From Candidatus Heimdallarchaeota archaeon (GTDB lineage Archaea; Asgardarchaeota; Heimdallarchaeia; JABLTI01), in assembly GCA_030614005.1 (NCBI GenBank), contig JAUWKS010000005.1, positions 60,001 to 92,000 on the forward strand: a DNA stretch of 32,000 nt. The letters run 5' to 3'. Positions 17,811-27,526 of the stretch are shown piece after piece (position 1 is the stretch's first letter; every line of letters begins with the position of its first letter). The notes beneath the pieces were generated by a model. The model searched no databases, was not told the origin of the DNA, and saw only the letters and a list, made by a program, of their open reading frames with translations. The position numbers and the translations under genes were made by a program.

Positions 17811-18617
17811 TTGATTTCATTAACAAAAAGAGAAATTGTGGGAAGAGTCATGCAGAGCAAAAATAAACATGATATGATTATGTTTACATTTAGATTATTA
17901 TTAGCTATTTTTAGTTGGATTGTATTAGTGATGATGTTTTATCAAAATGTAATAAGTCAATCCAATATATCTTCAGGAATATTAGCTGCAATTGGCTCAT
18001 ACAAATATTACTCTAGGCAAACCAATCTATTGGTTGCGTTATGGTATAGCTTTGCTCTGATATTTCATTTTAAACCAATTTATCTTAAGAAAATACAAGG
18101 TGTGCTCAAAGGAGCAATTACAGTTTATATTACAATAACTTTTGTAGTTTTTGCTGTGATGTTGAGTGATTTGTATCACCCAACAGGTATTGATAGTTTC
18201 TTGAGTGTTTGTTCACATTATCTTATTCCTATTATGTTTGTTGTTGATTGGTTTATATTTGAAACAGATAACAACTACGAGTGGAGATATCTAGCCTATT
18301 GGATTATTTATTTACTTCTTTATTTGATTTTTACAATTGTTTATGCATATTTTACAAATAACTATCTCTACCCATTTCTCAATATTCAAAATTTAGGCTG
18401 GGGTAAATTTACCTTAAATGTAGGTTTATTAATAGCTGTATCTCTATTTTTTGGATTACTATTTATTAGTGCGAATAAAATTATCAGATACACAATTGAA
18501 AAGAGGAGTTTATCGAAAGATAATGTCAATTTTATCAACTTTGGCTCCAATAAAAAATCAAGAATCCCAACTTCGACTGAATATTATGATAGTTTTTGTA
18601 TTGTGATATCATCTTAA
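17811..18617 (+). CDS. Pr6Pr / FAR-17a/AIG1-like multi-pass membrane protein
   Basis: About six TMs with YKYYSRQTN, HYLIPIMFVVDW and YPFLN motifs. The true start may be a downstream ATG. Confidence 0.8.
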   Translation: MISLTKREIVGRVMQSKNKHDMIMFTFRLLLAIFSWIVLVMMFYQNVISQSNISSGILAAIGSYKYYSRQTNLLVALWYSFALIFHFKPIYLKKIQGVLKGAITVYITITFVVFAVMLSDLYHPTGIDSFLSVCSHYLIPIMFVVDWFIFETDNNYEWRYLAYWIIYLLLYLIFTIVYAYFTNNYLYPFLNIQNLGWGKFTLNVGLLIAVSLFFGLLFISANKIIRYTIEKRSLSKDNVNFINFGSNKKSRIPTSTEYYDSFCIVISS

Positions 18618-18731
18618 ATCAAGACAATTGTGGTGTTAAATTAGTTGAATCTGTTTTAAATGATGAAGTTTGTAAATATGCAATAAATTTACTTGATATC
18701 ATTCTAAAACAAGTGGAAAAAAGAATATTTA

Positions 18732-19247
18732 TCAAACTTTTCTTTTTCTTTCTTTTTTAGTAAAAATTCTTATGAATACAAAAAAGAACCAAGAAAAGAT
18801 GATTGTGAATGGGATAATAGTTAACACTGCGACTAAGTTTTTTACAATTATGTATTCAGAAGCAATACCAAATACAAGCGCAAGCGAAATCCCTAATGAA
18901 ATCAAAAATGAGATTCCATAAATTATCAGACTCTGTCTGTTTAAGAACCTTGATTTACTTTTATTCTTTTCTGAGAAATCACTACTACCACATTTGATAC
19001 AATATTGAACTCCTGTTGGATTATTAAAAGAACAGATATTACATTTTTGAATGAATAGTCTCTTTGCTTTGGCTTCCAATAAGATTCTATTCATATCTTG
19101 ATTGCATTCAAGGCAGGTACTATTTTGCTCTATTTGGAGTAATTTATGATCTGTGGCCTTTCCGCAATATGGACAAAAAATAATATTATGATATACGCCC
19201 TTTTTTCTTGCTTCAGGTTTTTCAATTTTCTCCTCTTCTGAAACCAT
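18732..19247 (-). CDS. Double zinc-ribbon protein with two C-terminal TM helices
   Basis: CPYC...CLEC and CNIC...CIKC pairs, then two hydrophobic helices and a basic tail. The open frame extends to 19334; ATG 19247 (MVSEEEK) is my preferred start. Confidence 0.75.
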   Translation of the reverse strand: MVSEEEKIEKPEARKKGVYHNIIFCPYCGKATDHKLLQIEQNSTCLECNQDMNRILLEAKAKRLFIQKCNICSFNNPTGVQYCIKCGSSDFSEKNKSKSRFLNRQSLIIYGISFLISLGISLALVFGIASEYIIVKNLVAVLTIIPFTIIFSWFFFVFIRIFTKKERKRKV

Positions 19248-19386
19248 TTCAATCCTCATTTTGTTATTCAATTGCTTGTTATTTAAGGAATTGTATTCAT
19301 AAATAAGAAAAAACATCATTGCAATTAGTGGCAATATTTATTAATGTTTTTTGCCAACTATTGTATAGTGCTCGGAGAAAACTTGA

Positions 19387-20568
19387 ATGACTAATACAAT
19401 TGAAATTTTTGGAAAAGATCAAAAGGAAATTGAGAAAAAAATACATTCCATTGAAAATGGGTTAATTCCTATAGCTATCGAAGATAATCAGCTTGCACCT
19501 CAATGGACTGAGAAAGCTAACCTCGAGGAACGAATGGAATTCTATAATGTTCCAGGTTTAAGTATTGCTTATATCAATAATTTTGAAGTTGAATGGTCGA
19601 AAACTTTTGGTATAAGAGATGCACGAACAACAGACATTGTTTCACTTGATACTCTGTTTGAATCAGGCTCAACAGCAAAATCGTTTACAGCATTAGCAGC
19701 ACTGCAATCTGTTGCAAAGAATTTATTGAATTTAGATGAGAATGTTAATGATAAATTGAAGGCTTGGAAAATACCTGAGAGTGATTTAACTAAAGAGGAG
19801 AAAGTAACACTTGAACGTCTTTTATCTCACACCGCAGGAATTAACAGACCTGATAGTATGTTTGGATCAGAACCAGGTTCTATTCTAACAATTGACCACA
19901 TCTTAAGTGGAGAGAAACCAGCTTTAAATGATCCCGTGAAAGTCGAATTCGTACCTGGATCAAGTCACCAATATTCCAATCTTGGATATATCATCATTGA
20001 GAAACTTTTAACTGATATTTACGGAAAGTCTTTCGTTGATTTAATGAAAGAAATTATTCTTGAACCTCTCTCAATGAAACGTTCTACATTTGAGTATCCT
20101 GAAGGTGAACTTGGAAAAAGGACTATTGTTCCACACGACCAAAATGGTGATGCACAAGAAACAGGAATAATGCGTGGGGCTGCTGCTCATGGCGGTCTTC
20201 TAACTACGCCTGTTGAGCTTGGCCAATTTGTAGTTGAATTGATGAAAGGCTATAATGGTAACTCTAAAATTCTTTCTCAAGAAACAGTAAAACAAATGCT
20301 AACACCTGTTTTACCTCTTGATCCAGCAAAATTCTTTGGTTTTACGGGGCAAGCATTAGGAATGTTTCTAATAGAAAAAGATGATAATTTGTTCTTCACA
20401 CATCCCGGAACAAATATGCCTGGTGCAGTATGTTTTATGGCAGGAAGTCCATCTGCTAGTCAAGGATTAATTGTTATGTCAAATGCTATCAAAGCAGAAT
20501 TGCTTCATTTGGAGATTCTCCATGGAATTGCTACAATTTTTGATTGGCCATTTTGGCAAAAAGATTAA
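19387..20568 (+). CDS. Serine hydrolase, class C beta-lactamase/AmpC-like family
   Basis: SxxK motif (STAK), YSN and HPG; VPGLSIA and LLSHTAG are also present. No signal peptide. Confidence 0.92.
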   Translation: MTNTIEIFGKDQKEIEKKIHSIENGLIPIAIEDNQLAPQWTEKANLEERMEFYNVPGLSIAYINNFEVEWSKTFGIRDARTTDIVSLDTLFESGSTAKSFTALAALQSVAKNLLNLDENVNDKLKAWKIPESDLTKEEKVTLERLLSHTAGINRPDSMFGSEPGSILTIDHILSGEKPALNDPVKVEFVPGSSHQYSNLGYIIIEKLLTDIYGKSFVDLMKEIILEPLSMKRSTFEYPEGELGKRTIVPHDQNGDAQETGIMRGAAAHGGLLTTPVELGQFVVELMKGYNGNSKILSQETVKQMLTPVLPLDPAKFFGFTGQALGMFLIEKDDNLFFTHPGTNMPGAVCFMAGSPSASQGLIVMSNAIKAELLHLEILHGIATIFDWPFWQKD

Positions 20569-20600
20569 TCGATTAAAAGAAGCTAGAGAAGAGTGATTGC

Positions 20601-21695
20601 ATGTCTAATAATTATCTGTCTGAATTGGATCATAATGATATTCGTATTGTTAGCACGCTTGATTCTCTTCCACACAGGAGCTCCACAGAAAGAATTAGTG
20701 TGGAATTGGATATTCCATCACGGAGCATTCGTTATCGGTTATCGAAATTAAAAGAAAAAAATATTCTAAAAGAGCAAACGGTTATTACTCATGAACGAAA
20801 GCTCGGCATTCGGGAATCTTTTATTATTATTGAAGAAAATCCCAAATACAGAGAAACATTTCAGAAAATCATTGGGGAGAATCCTGCTCTAAGCTGGTAC
20901 GTTCCTACTTCTGGAAAGTTTCAAGGATTTATATTGCATTCAATAAATACAATGAATGTACCAGATTATCCTCAGCAATTATTAGCACTAATGAAAGAAA
21001 ACGAGATAGTTAATGATTATTTTCATTTTGAGATAATTGATTATCAGGAATTTGGATGGAACTACAATTATTTTAACACAGAAGGGAAATGGATTTGGAA
21101 TTGGAAGATTTGGGAAGATAATATCAGAAATAAAAATTATAATCAGGAATCAGTCGTGTTTGAAGAAAACCCTGAAGTAACTAATTTTGATTATCTTGAT
21201 ATTCAAATATTGAAAAATCTCATTCTTTTTGAAAGTATAACGCAAAAGGAGATAGGAAAGAAATTAGCACTATCTGAATCACAAATTGGCCGAAGGATTC
21301 GTTCAATGGAACAAAGTGGAATTATTCGCGGTTATCGAACTGGTTTCGCACCCTTTTCTGAAACTCAAACAGTTATGTGTATGATTAAAATTGGCGATTC
21401 CTTTGATCGTATTGTGAATATTCTAAAACAAATCCCATATCCAAAAACAATAGCTTTTGAAAATAGACAATCGATTGGTTTTGGTTTTCAAATACCAACC
21501 AATGAAATGAAGGGTTTTCTCAATGGACTTCATTGTTTGCGTCCTCTCATAGATTCATACTTTGTTCAATATCAACTAAGAAGCCCAACTTTCAATCCGC
21601 AGATATCTTTTGATTTGTTTGACAAAGGTTCAAATGATTTGAACCGAGTAGTAAAAGAATATGAACGATCTTTAGAATTCGTTAAAGCAATCTAA
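20601..21695 (+). CDS. Transcriptional regulator with two tandem Lrp/AsnC-type winged-HTH modules
   Basis: LDHNDIRIV...ISVELDIPSRSIRYRLSKLKEKNIL and FDYLDIQIL...IGKKLALSESQIGRRIRSMEQSGIIRGY. Confidence 0.8.
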   Translation: MSNNYLSELDHNDIRIVSTLDSLPHRSSTERISVELDIPSRSIRYRLSKLKEKNILKEQTVITHERKLGIRESFIIIEENPKYRETFQKIIGENPALSWYVPTSGKFQGFILHSINTMNVPDYPQQLLALMKENEIVNDYFHFEIIDYQEFGWNYNYFNTEGKWIWNWKIWEDNIRNKNYNQESVVFEENPEVTNFDYLDIQILKNLILFESITQKEIGKKLALSESQIGRRIRSMEQSGIIRGYRTGFAPFSETQTVMCMIKIGDSFDRIVNILKQIPYPKTIAFENRQSIGFGFQIPTNEMKGFLNGLHCLRPLIDSYFVQYQLRSPTFNPQISFDLFDKGSNDLNRVVKEYERSLEFVKAI

Positions 21696-22563
21696 ACATT
21701 GGTTCAGCTTTGCGTAGGATTTCACCAAGTTCATTTGCACCATCCTTATTGAAGACTAGCGCATCTAGATTGATTTTCTTGTTAGGTTTATTTTTGTATT
21801 TCTTAGCTATTTCCTTTAATCCTAATAATGCATTGCTGATAAGTTCAGTATAATTTCTCAATTTTCGAGCTACAATAATCAATAGCAGATGTGATTCAAT
21901 CTTGTCTCCTATTTGAATGCATTTTTTGAATGCTTTTGGTATTCGGATAAATAAAGTAAATGGCAAATTTTTATCAGATAAATATTCTACAATTCCAATT
22001 AAATCTTGAATATTGGTAATTAAATTGCTGATTTTCACTTTCTTTTTTGAATGTGGCTCTCCTTCACTTTCAAATCGCGAAACTAATAAGTAAATATTCA
22101 GAATTAAATCTTCGAAATTCTTTTCACTGAAATAATACATTTTTTCATAATCGAAATTACCCTTTGAAATATAATCTGAAGTGCCAAAAAGACCTGTACT
22201 AATATCATATATGAATTTTTGATTATTGATTAAATTTTGAGCTGATTTACAGATGTTTATGAGTATATCAAAAAAATAATCAGATGCTAAGAGATTTAGT
22301 GATGATTGGTAAATTTTCTTTTCTAAAGCCTTCAAATTTTGAATGACTGGTTTTAGGTTCTCAACAAACACACTTGAGTGGTAAGTTAAACTCTTAATTT
22401 CTTTTAATATTAGCAAACATTCACGAGCTTCGGATGCAATAATGTCAATATTATCTAGCTCAGCTAAATGCATTTTTTTTAATAGATGAGAATTTTCCTT
22501 AATGTGCTTCAAATATTCCATTTCTTGAAAAACGATTCTAACCATTTTTTCTGATATCTCCAT
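21682..22563 (-). CDS. Helical hypothetical protein
   Basis: 293-aa ORF with amphipathic helices; its 3' end overlaps the regulator's 3' end by 14 nt. Only a faint PhoU-like resemblance. Confidence 0.6.
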   Translation of the reverse strand: MEISEKMVRIVFQEMEYLKHIKENSHLLKKMHLAELDNIDIIASEARECLLILKEIKSLTYHSSVFVENLKPVIQNLKALEKKIYQSSLNLLASDYFFDILINICKSAQNLINNQKFIYDISTGLFGTSDYISKGNFDYEKMYYFSEKNFEDLILNIYLLVSRFESEGEPHSKKKVKISNLITNIQDLIGIVEYLSDKNLPFTLFIRIPKAFKKCIQIGDKIESHLLLIIVARKLRNYTELISNALLGLKEIAKKYKNKPNKKINLDALVFNKDGANELGEILRKAEPMFRLL

Positions 22564-22741
22564 TTGATAAATAACTTAACTGAATTATAATTTCTAATCT
22601 TTTAAAAAATCTTCCCCAAAACTTATGATTTGTCAAATAGCTATTAACGGATGTCATTTAAATACCTCTCTGAATTAGATAGAATTTATAAAAATGAAAA
22701 TAATACTATATTCCAATCTGTAACATTAAGAGTGAACAAAG

Positions 22742-24241
22742 ATGGACGAGTACAGCATTGATCAGATTCAAGAAAAAATGGAAAATGGGGAACTAACAGC
22801 AAGGAAAATCATCGAGGTATTTCTAAATAGAATCCAAGAAGTAGACAAAAATGGACCAAAAGTAAATGCGATTATAGAGATTAATCCTGATGTACTAGAT
22901 ATTGCAGATACTCTCGATAAGGAACGCAAAAACAAGAAAGTTCGTGGACCACTACACGGCATCCCAGTTGTTATTAAGGATAACATAGAAACGGCAGACA
23001 AAATGATGACTACTGCTGGATCTCTTGCTCTCGAAGGGCATATAGCTTCTCAAGATTCATTTATTGTTCAGAAACTCAGAGATGCAGGTGCAATCATATT
23101 GGCGAAAGCAAACCTCAGTGAGTGGGCTAATTTTCGTTCAACACGTTCTTCCAGTGGTTGGAGTAGTCGTGGAGGTCAAACATTGAACCCCTATGTTCTT
23201 ATTAGAAGTCCTTGCGGTTCGAGTTCAGGTTCAGCAGTAGCTGTTGCAGCGAATTTATGCACGGTAGCAATTGGTACAGAAACAGATGGCTCCGTTATTT
23301 GTCCAGCTCAAATAAACTCTGTTGTTGGAATAAAACCCACTGTCGGATTAGTAAGTCGTTCCGGAATTATTCCTATAAGTCATACTCAAGATACTGCCGG
23401 ACCAATGGGAAGAACTGTTCGTGATGCAGTTATACTACTAAATGCCCTTGTAGGTGAAGATACTCGAGATAGTGCTACAACAAAACATACAAAGAAACTT
23501 CCTGAAGATTATACTGAATTTTTGGTGGGAAATGGATTAAAAGGTGCAAGAATAGGCGTTGCTCGAAATTACTTTGGCAAAAATGATAATGTGGATAAAC
23601 TAATGGAACAAGCAATTGAGACAATGAAAGATTTGAGTGCAGAGATTATTGATCCAATAGAAATTACTACTTTGAAAGATTTTGGAGATTCAGAATTCCA
23701 AGTCCTATTATTTGATTTTAAAAATGACTTGAATGCATTTTTAGCTACAACAAGTTCTGGTTGTAAAAATCGAACCTTGAAAGATATTATTGAATTCAAC
23801 AAAGAACATAGTGAAGAAGTGATGCCTTATTTTGGGCAAGAGCTACTAATTAAAGCGGAAGAAAAAGGTCCATTAACAAGTAAGGATTATTTGGAAGCAT
23901 TAGAGAAATGCGATAAATATGCTCGAAAAGAGGGTCTAGATAAAATTTTGGTTGAAAATAAACTTGATGCTATTATTGCTCCGAGTGGGGGAATAGCATG
24001 GCCAATAGATTGGGTAAATGGTGACCATTTCACTGGAGGAAGCTCTTCAATTGCTGCAGTAGCAGGGTACCCAAATATTACTGTTCCATTAGGATATGTT
24101 TGGGGTTTACCAGTAGGTATTTCATTCTTTAGTGGCGCATTTCAAGAACCTATTCTGATAAAATTAGCTTATGCATTCGAGCAAGCAACCAAAGTTAGGC
24201 AGCCACCGAAATTTTTGAAAGAAGTAAATTACGAGAAATAG
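22742..24241 (+). CDS. Amidase signature family enzyme
   Basis: Ser-cisSer-Lys triad motifs IKDNI, CGSSSGS and GTETDGS; GG.T.NPY and AGYPNITVP. Confidence 0.95.
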   Translation: MDEYSIDQIQEKMENGELTARKIIEVFLNRIQEVDKNGPKVNAIIEINPDVLDIADTLDKERKNKKVRGPLHGIPVVIKDNIETADKMMTTAGSLALEGHIASQDSFIVQKLRDAGAIILAKANLSEWANFRSTRSSSGWSSRGGQTLNPYVLIRSPCGSSSGSAVAVAANLCTVAIGTETDGSVICPAQINSVVGIKPTVGLVSRSGIIPISHTQDTAGPMGRTVRDAVILLNALVGEDTRDSATTKHTKKLPEDYTEFLVGNGLKGARIGVARNYFGKNDNVDKLMEQAIETMKDLSAEIIDPIEITTLKDFGDSEFQVLLFDFKNDLNAFLATTSSGCKNRTLKDIIEFNKEHSEEVMPYFGQELLIKAEEKGPLTSKDYLEALEKCDKYARKEGLDKILVENKLDAIIAPSGGIAWPIDWVNGDHFTGGSSSIAAVAGYPNITVPLGYVWGLPVGISFFSGAFQEPILIKLAYAFEQATKVRQPPKFLKEVNYEK

Positions 24242-24325
24242 GTAAACAATTCATAGAATGTATCCTTGGATACTTTTTTGAGGGAATGTATCCAAAATAT
24301 ACCATAAAACACTCAACAACCAATT

Positions 24326-24640
24326 GTGAACAATATGACTGATAAAATATATCGTTCAATAAGTGAAAATATTATGAATAAAGAAATTACTCTTAGAGGC
24401 ATTGCTATGGATGCAAAAGGTGGTGCAGTACTCATATTATTCGAGGGAGAAGTAATCTATTTGCAAAATATGGACAGTTGGGATGATGCTTTATTCAATA
24501 AGGGCGTTCTTGTAAAAGGGTTATTGGTTGAAAAAAAATTAATTCCTGATCCTATTGTTGCAAAAGATGGAGCGATAAGTGCAGGTGCTATTGGCACTCA
24601 ATATGTTTTAGAGAATGCAAAAGTAATACAGAAAGAATAA
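24326..24640 (+). CDS. Small beta-rich hypothetical protein (OB-fold-like)
   Basis: 104-aa ORF with ITLRGIAMDAKGGAVL...IYL...SW...GVLVKGLL pattern, protein-like and co-oriented with the amidase. Confidence 0.6.
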   Translation: MNNMTDKIYRSISENIMNKEITLRGIAMDAKGGAVLILFEGEVIYLQNMDSWDDALFNKGVLVKGLLVEKKLIPDPIVAKDGAISAGAIGTQYVLENAKVIQKE

Positions 24641-24709
24641 GAAACTCTTGACCTCAGAATTTCTTACAATTTCGTTTTATAGATTACTAGTTGACACTAT
24701 ATTTGTGTA

Positions 24710-24859
24710 TTAATCTTCGCTAGCTTTCATGTTATCCCAGAATTCTTTTGGTGGGTGTGCTAAATTCCAATCTACTCGAGTATCATGAATTACTCGAGAG
24801 CAATATGGATCTCCTTGAGCAATAGTATGTTCCATTGTTAATATGAAATTTGTCTCATA
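24710..24859 (-). pseudogene. 3' remnant of an L-2-amino-thiazoline-4-carboxylic acid hydrolase-like family gene
   Basis: Manual translation YETNFILTMEHTIAQGDPYCSRVIHDTRVDWNLAHPPKEFWDNMKASED-stop. The TIAxGDxxC motif is what I recall for this family's C-terminus. A stop lies immediately upstream, about 20 nt after the RCK gene end. Confidence 0.6.
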
Positions 24860-24879
24860 CTATTTTTAATTCCTTATTT

Positions 24880-26129
24880 CTAATGATTATTTTTCTTTTT
24901 TTTGTAGACTGTTTTTACAACCTTTCTTTTCTTAGAGATATTTTTTCGAGTCTTCAAAGTGTCTCTTGATTTTGGATAGATGCCTGATGTATTTCTAACC
25001 TTATTTTGTAATAACTGAAACGCAAAAGCTGATGTTGAAAAAGTAGTTGCATCAATTGTTTTTGCAATTTCTGCTAATTCCTCATCAAACATTCGGACAA
25101 ATAATTCTATTTGAGGATACTTTTTCTTAACTGCTACAGTTAAAATGATTGCATCTGAGAATAGTTCCTCTGTATTCCAGCAGATATACATCTGAGAAAT
25201 TTTATTCATATCACATCGTTCTTCTAAGTTCTCAACAAATTGCACTCGTTCCTCAAAAGATGAACATTCGGTAAATCTTTGTAGACTTCTGCATCAATTT
25301 CAGGATCGATTAGATAGACATTACTTTCTAAATGGTTGCCGAAATAATCAACCATACGAACAACAATACTATCATTTTCTAAAACTATTATACTGTTCTC
25401 TTTAGTAATCTTCTCACTCCATTTCACAACAGAATTCATCGTCCATTTGGATAAGGAAAAGGTGTATGCATTCCAAGGTTCGCTAGTTAAATACTCTCTA
25501 AAGTGATCATTGAAAACGCGCATATAAAGATCACAGGTACTATTTAGTTCCCTTACTTTTACCGCTGCAATTAAAGCTCTTCGAAGGTCACTAGTAACAC
25601 AAATAACTTCCTTACATTTTTTGACTCCAGCAAGTTCCATAATATCAATGTCAGTATAATCTCCTACAACAACTGGTTGATGAAAATTAATGAGATCTTC
25701 AACTTTGGTCATATCTATTTCCACGACGGAATATGGTTGATTGTTCTCTCTAAGATATTCAACTACACGCTTCCCTAAATGGTTACATCCTAAAACTACT
25801 GTATGATTAGATTTACGAGATGACATTTTCCTGGAACTTATTATTGGATTATATCCATAGAACTCTTGTAATGTTGTTAGAATAAATGTTAAGATAAGCA
25901 ATTCAAACAATAAAGGCCATATGAATTGGTACAAATTGTTCAAGGTTTCACTTGCTTCACTTGGCTTAACACAAATTGATATCAGTAAAATCTCCCAAAA
26001 CTTTGCGTCCTTTTCAATGATAAGAAAAGTAATTATCCCTGCTATCCAGAATAATAGAAAAATAAGAAATGGTACTCTAAAATTTTTTAATTGATCCCCG
26101 AATGTCCTCATTCTGCTACGTGGTTTCAT
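24880..26129 (-). pseudogene. Two-TM plus two-RCK (TrkA-N) channel-like gene split by a 1-bp frameshift
   Basis: Track ORFs 25224-26129 and 24880-25245 join into one 416-aa protein if one T is added to the T4 run at 25255-25258 (VHLFEERVQFVENLEE). RCK motifs HTVVLGCNHLG, VVVGDYTD and VRMFDEE are present. Confidence 0.8.
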
Positions 26130-26363
26130 ACTCTAGTATTAAACTGTAGAAATATAATAAAGCTTGTGAAAAAAACCTTTGAAAATATGTATTCATTATA
26201 CTATGATGTGACTATTATAACCAAAGTTATTCATTGAATGTTTCAAATTTTCATTACATTTCCAGTCGTTTTTTCTCAATCTGATGAGAATGTTTTTTTA
26301 GGTAAATGAAAAATATTCTATTTATACAGATTATTTTAGAGATGAATAAAAGTAGTTGATTAA

Positions 26364-27323
26364 ATGACTTCCTCAATTGATGATTCTGAAGAAAAAAATT
26401 ACTCCTTCAATTTTAAAAACACTAAATTCAAATATACTGTAGTTTCCGTCAAATTTTTCGACGAGCTTCAAAAGGACTTGGATAAATTATATCAAAATGA
26501 GAATCTTAGTACGCACAAAAATTTCCGTGTCTATATCGACAAGATGAAATTTGTTCTACCGGAAGATTTTCCCTCAGCAAAGTATGTTATATTATTAGCA
26601 CGAGAAACTAAGCTTGGGTTAATTGATCTCAATTATGAAGGTAAAAAACACCAGATAATGATCTCTCCTGGTTATTTTGGTAAATCGAATTATGATCAAA
26701 ATGAACTAATCGATTACATAAAGACGAATATAACAAAGAGTTCTGATTATAGAATTGAACCTGTGACAGGCAATTTGCACATAAAATCAATAACTGTTAG
26801 AAGTGGGTTGGGTCGATATGGCAGAAACAATTTATGCTATATTGATGAAATGGGTAGTTTCATTGCATTACGTGCATACCTCACAGATTTTGATTTTAAA
26901 GAAGAAAAATTCTTTGATATGAGATTAATGGATGCTTGCGAGAATTGTCGAATATGTGTTACAAAATGTCCAACTCAAGCTATTTCTGAAGATAATTCGC
27001 CTATAGATGTTGATAGATGTATCACCCTTTATAATGAAAATCCCGGTGAATTGCCAGATTGGATAGAACAGCCGTTACATAACGCCTTGTTTGGATGTAT
27101 GAGTTGTCAAATGTTTTGTCCTGCAAATAAAGACGTAATGAAGAATCCACTTCATTTAGGTGAACTCACAGAGGAAGAAACGATGTTACTGTTAAAAGGT
27201 ACAAAAGACAGTCCTTTGCTTGCTTCAATAAGTGAGAAGCTACAAATTCCAATTGCTAAACATCAGGATTATTATCTATCGGTAATTCAAAGAAACCTTA
27301 AAGTTCTGTTAGAAAAAAGTTGA
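26364..27323 (+). CDS. Epoxyqueuosine reductase (QueG)/reductive dehalogenase-like 2x[4Fe-4S] protein
   Basis: SGLGRYGRNNL, CENCRICVTKCPT, CIT and GCMSCQMFCP motifs. Confidence 0.85.
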   Translation: MTSSIDDSEEKNYSFNFKNTKFKYTVVSVKFFDELQKDLDKLYQNENLSTHKNFRVYIDKMKFVLPEDFPSAKYVILLARETKLGLIDLNYEGKKHQIMISPGYFGKSNYDQNELIDYIKTNITKSSDYRIEPVTGNLHIKSITVRSGLGRYGRNNLCYIDEMGSFIALRAYLTDFDFKEEKFFDMRLMDACENCRICVTKCPTQAISEDNSPIDVDRCITLYNENPGELPDWIEQPLHNALFGCMSCQMFCPANKDVMKNPLHLGELTEEETMLLLKGTKDSPLLASISEKLQIPIAKHQDYYLSVIQRNLKVLLEKS

Positions 27324-27526
27324 TAATAGATTTTCCTGAGCTAAATCAATTATTTGGATACCTTTATTTACATAAAACTGTAATACAATTACAGACAATC
27401 AGTCGAGATTAGCGGTAACGATATTTCAGATACTTACCTCTCTGATACAATCGTACTAATAATCGCAAAGGAAGGCATTCGTACTTCTGCAAGGTTGATT
27501 TGTCAATTTACAAAGAGGTATAGCTG

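Noticed and set aside
21682-22563. PhoU/DUF47-like assignment for the helical protein
   Set aside because: Only a loose LLIIVARKLRNYTELISNA resemblance; the conserved E..D and ERIxD acidic motifs are missing.
25250-25262. Programmed -1 ribosomal frameshift in the RCK gene
   Set aside because: The site (T CTT TTG) is not an X XXY YYZ slippery heptamer and I see no downstream stimulatory structure; an indel is simpler.
27437-27456. Short inverted repeat TCAGA-N10-TCTGA upstream of the solenoid gene
   Set aside because: Five-base arms are too short to distinguish from chance without a second occurrence.
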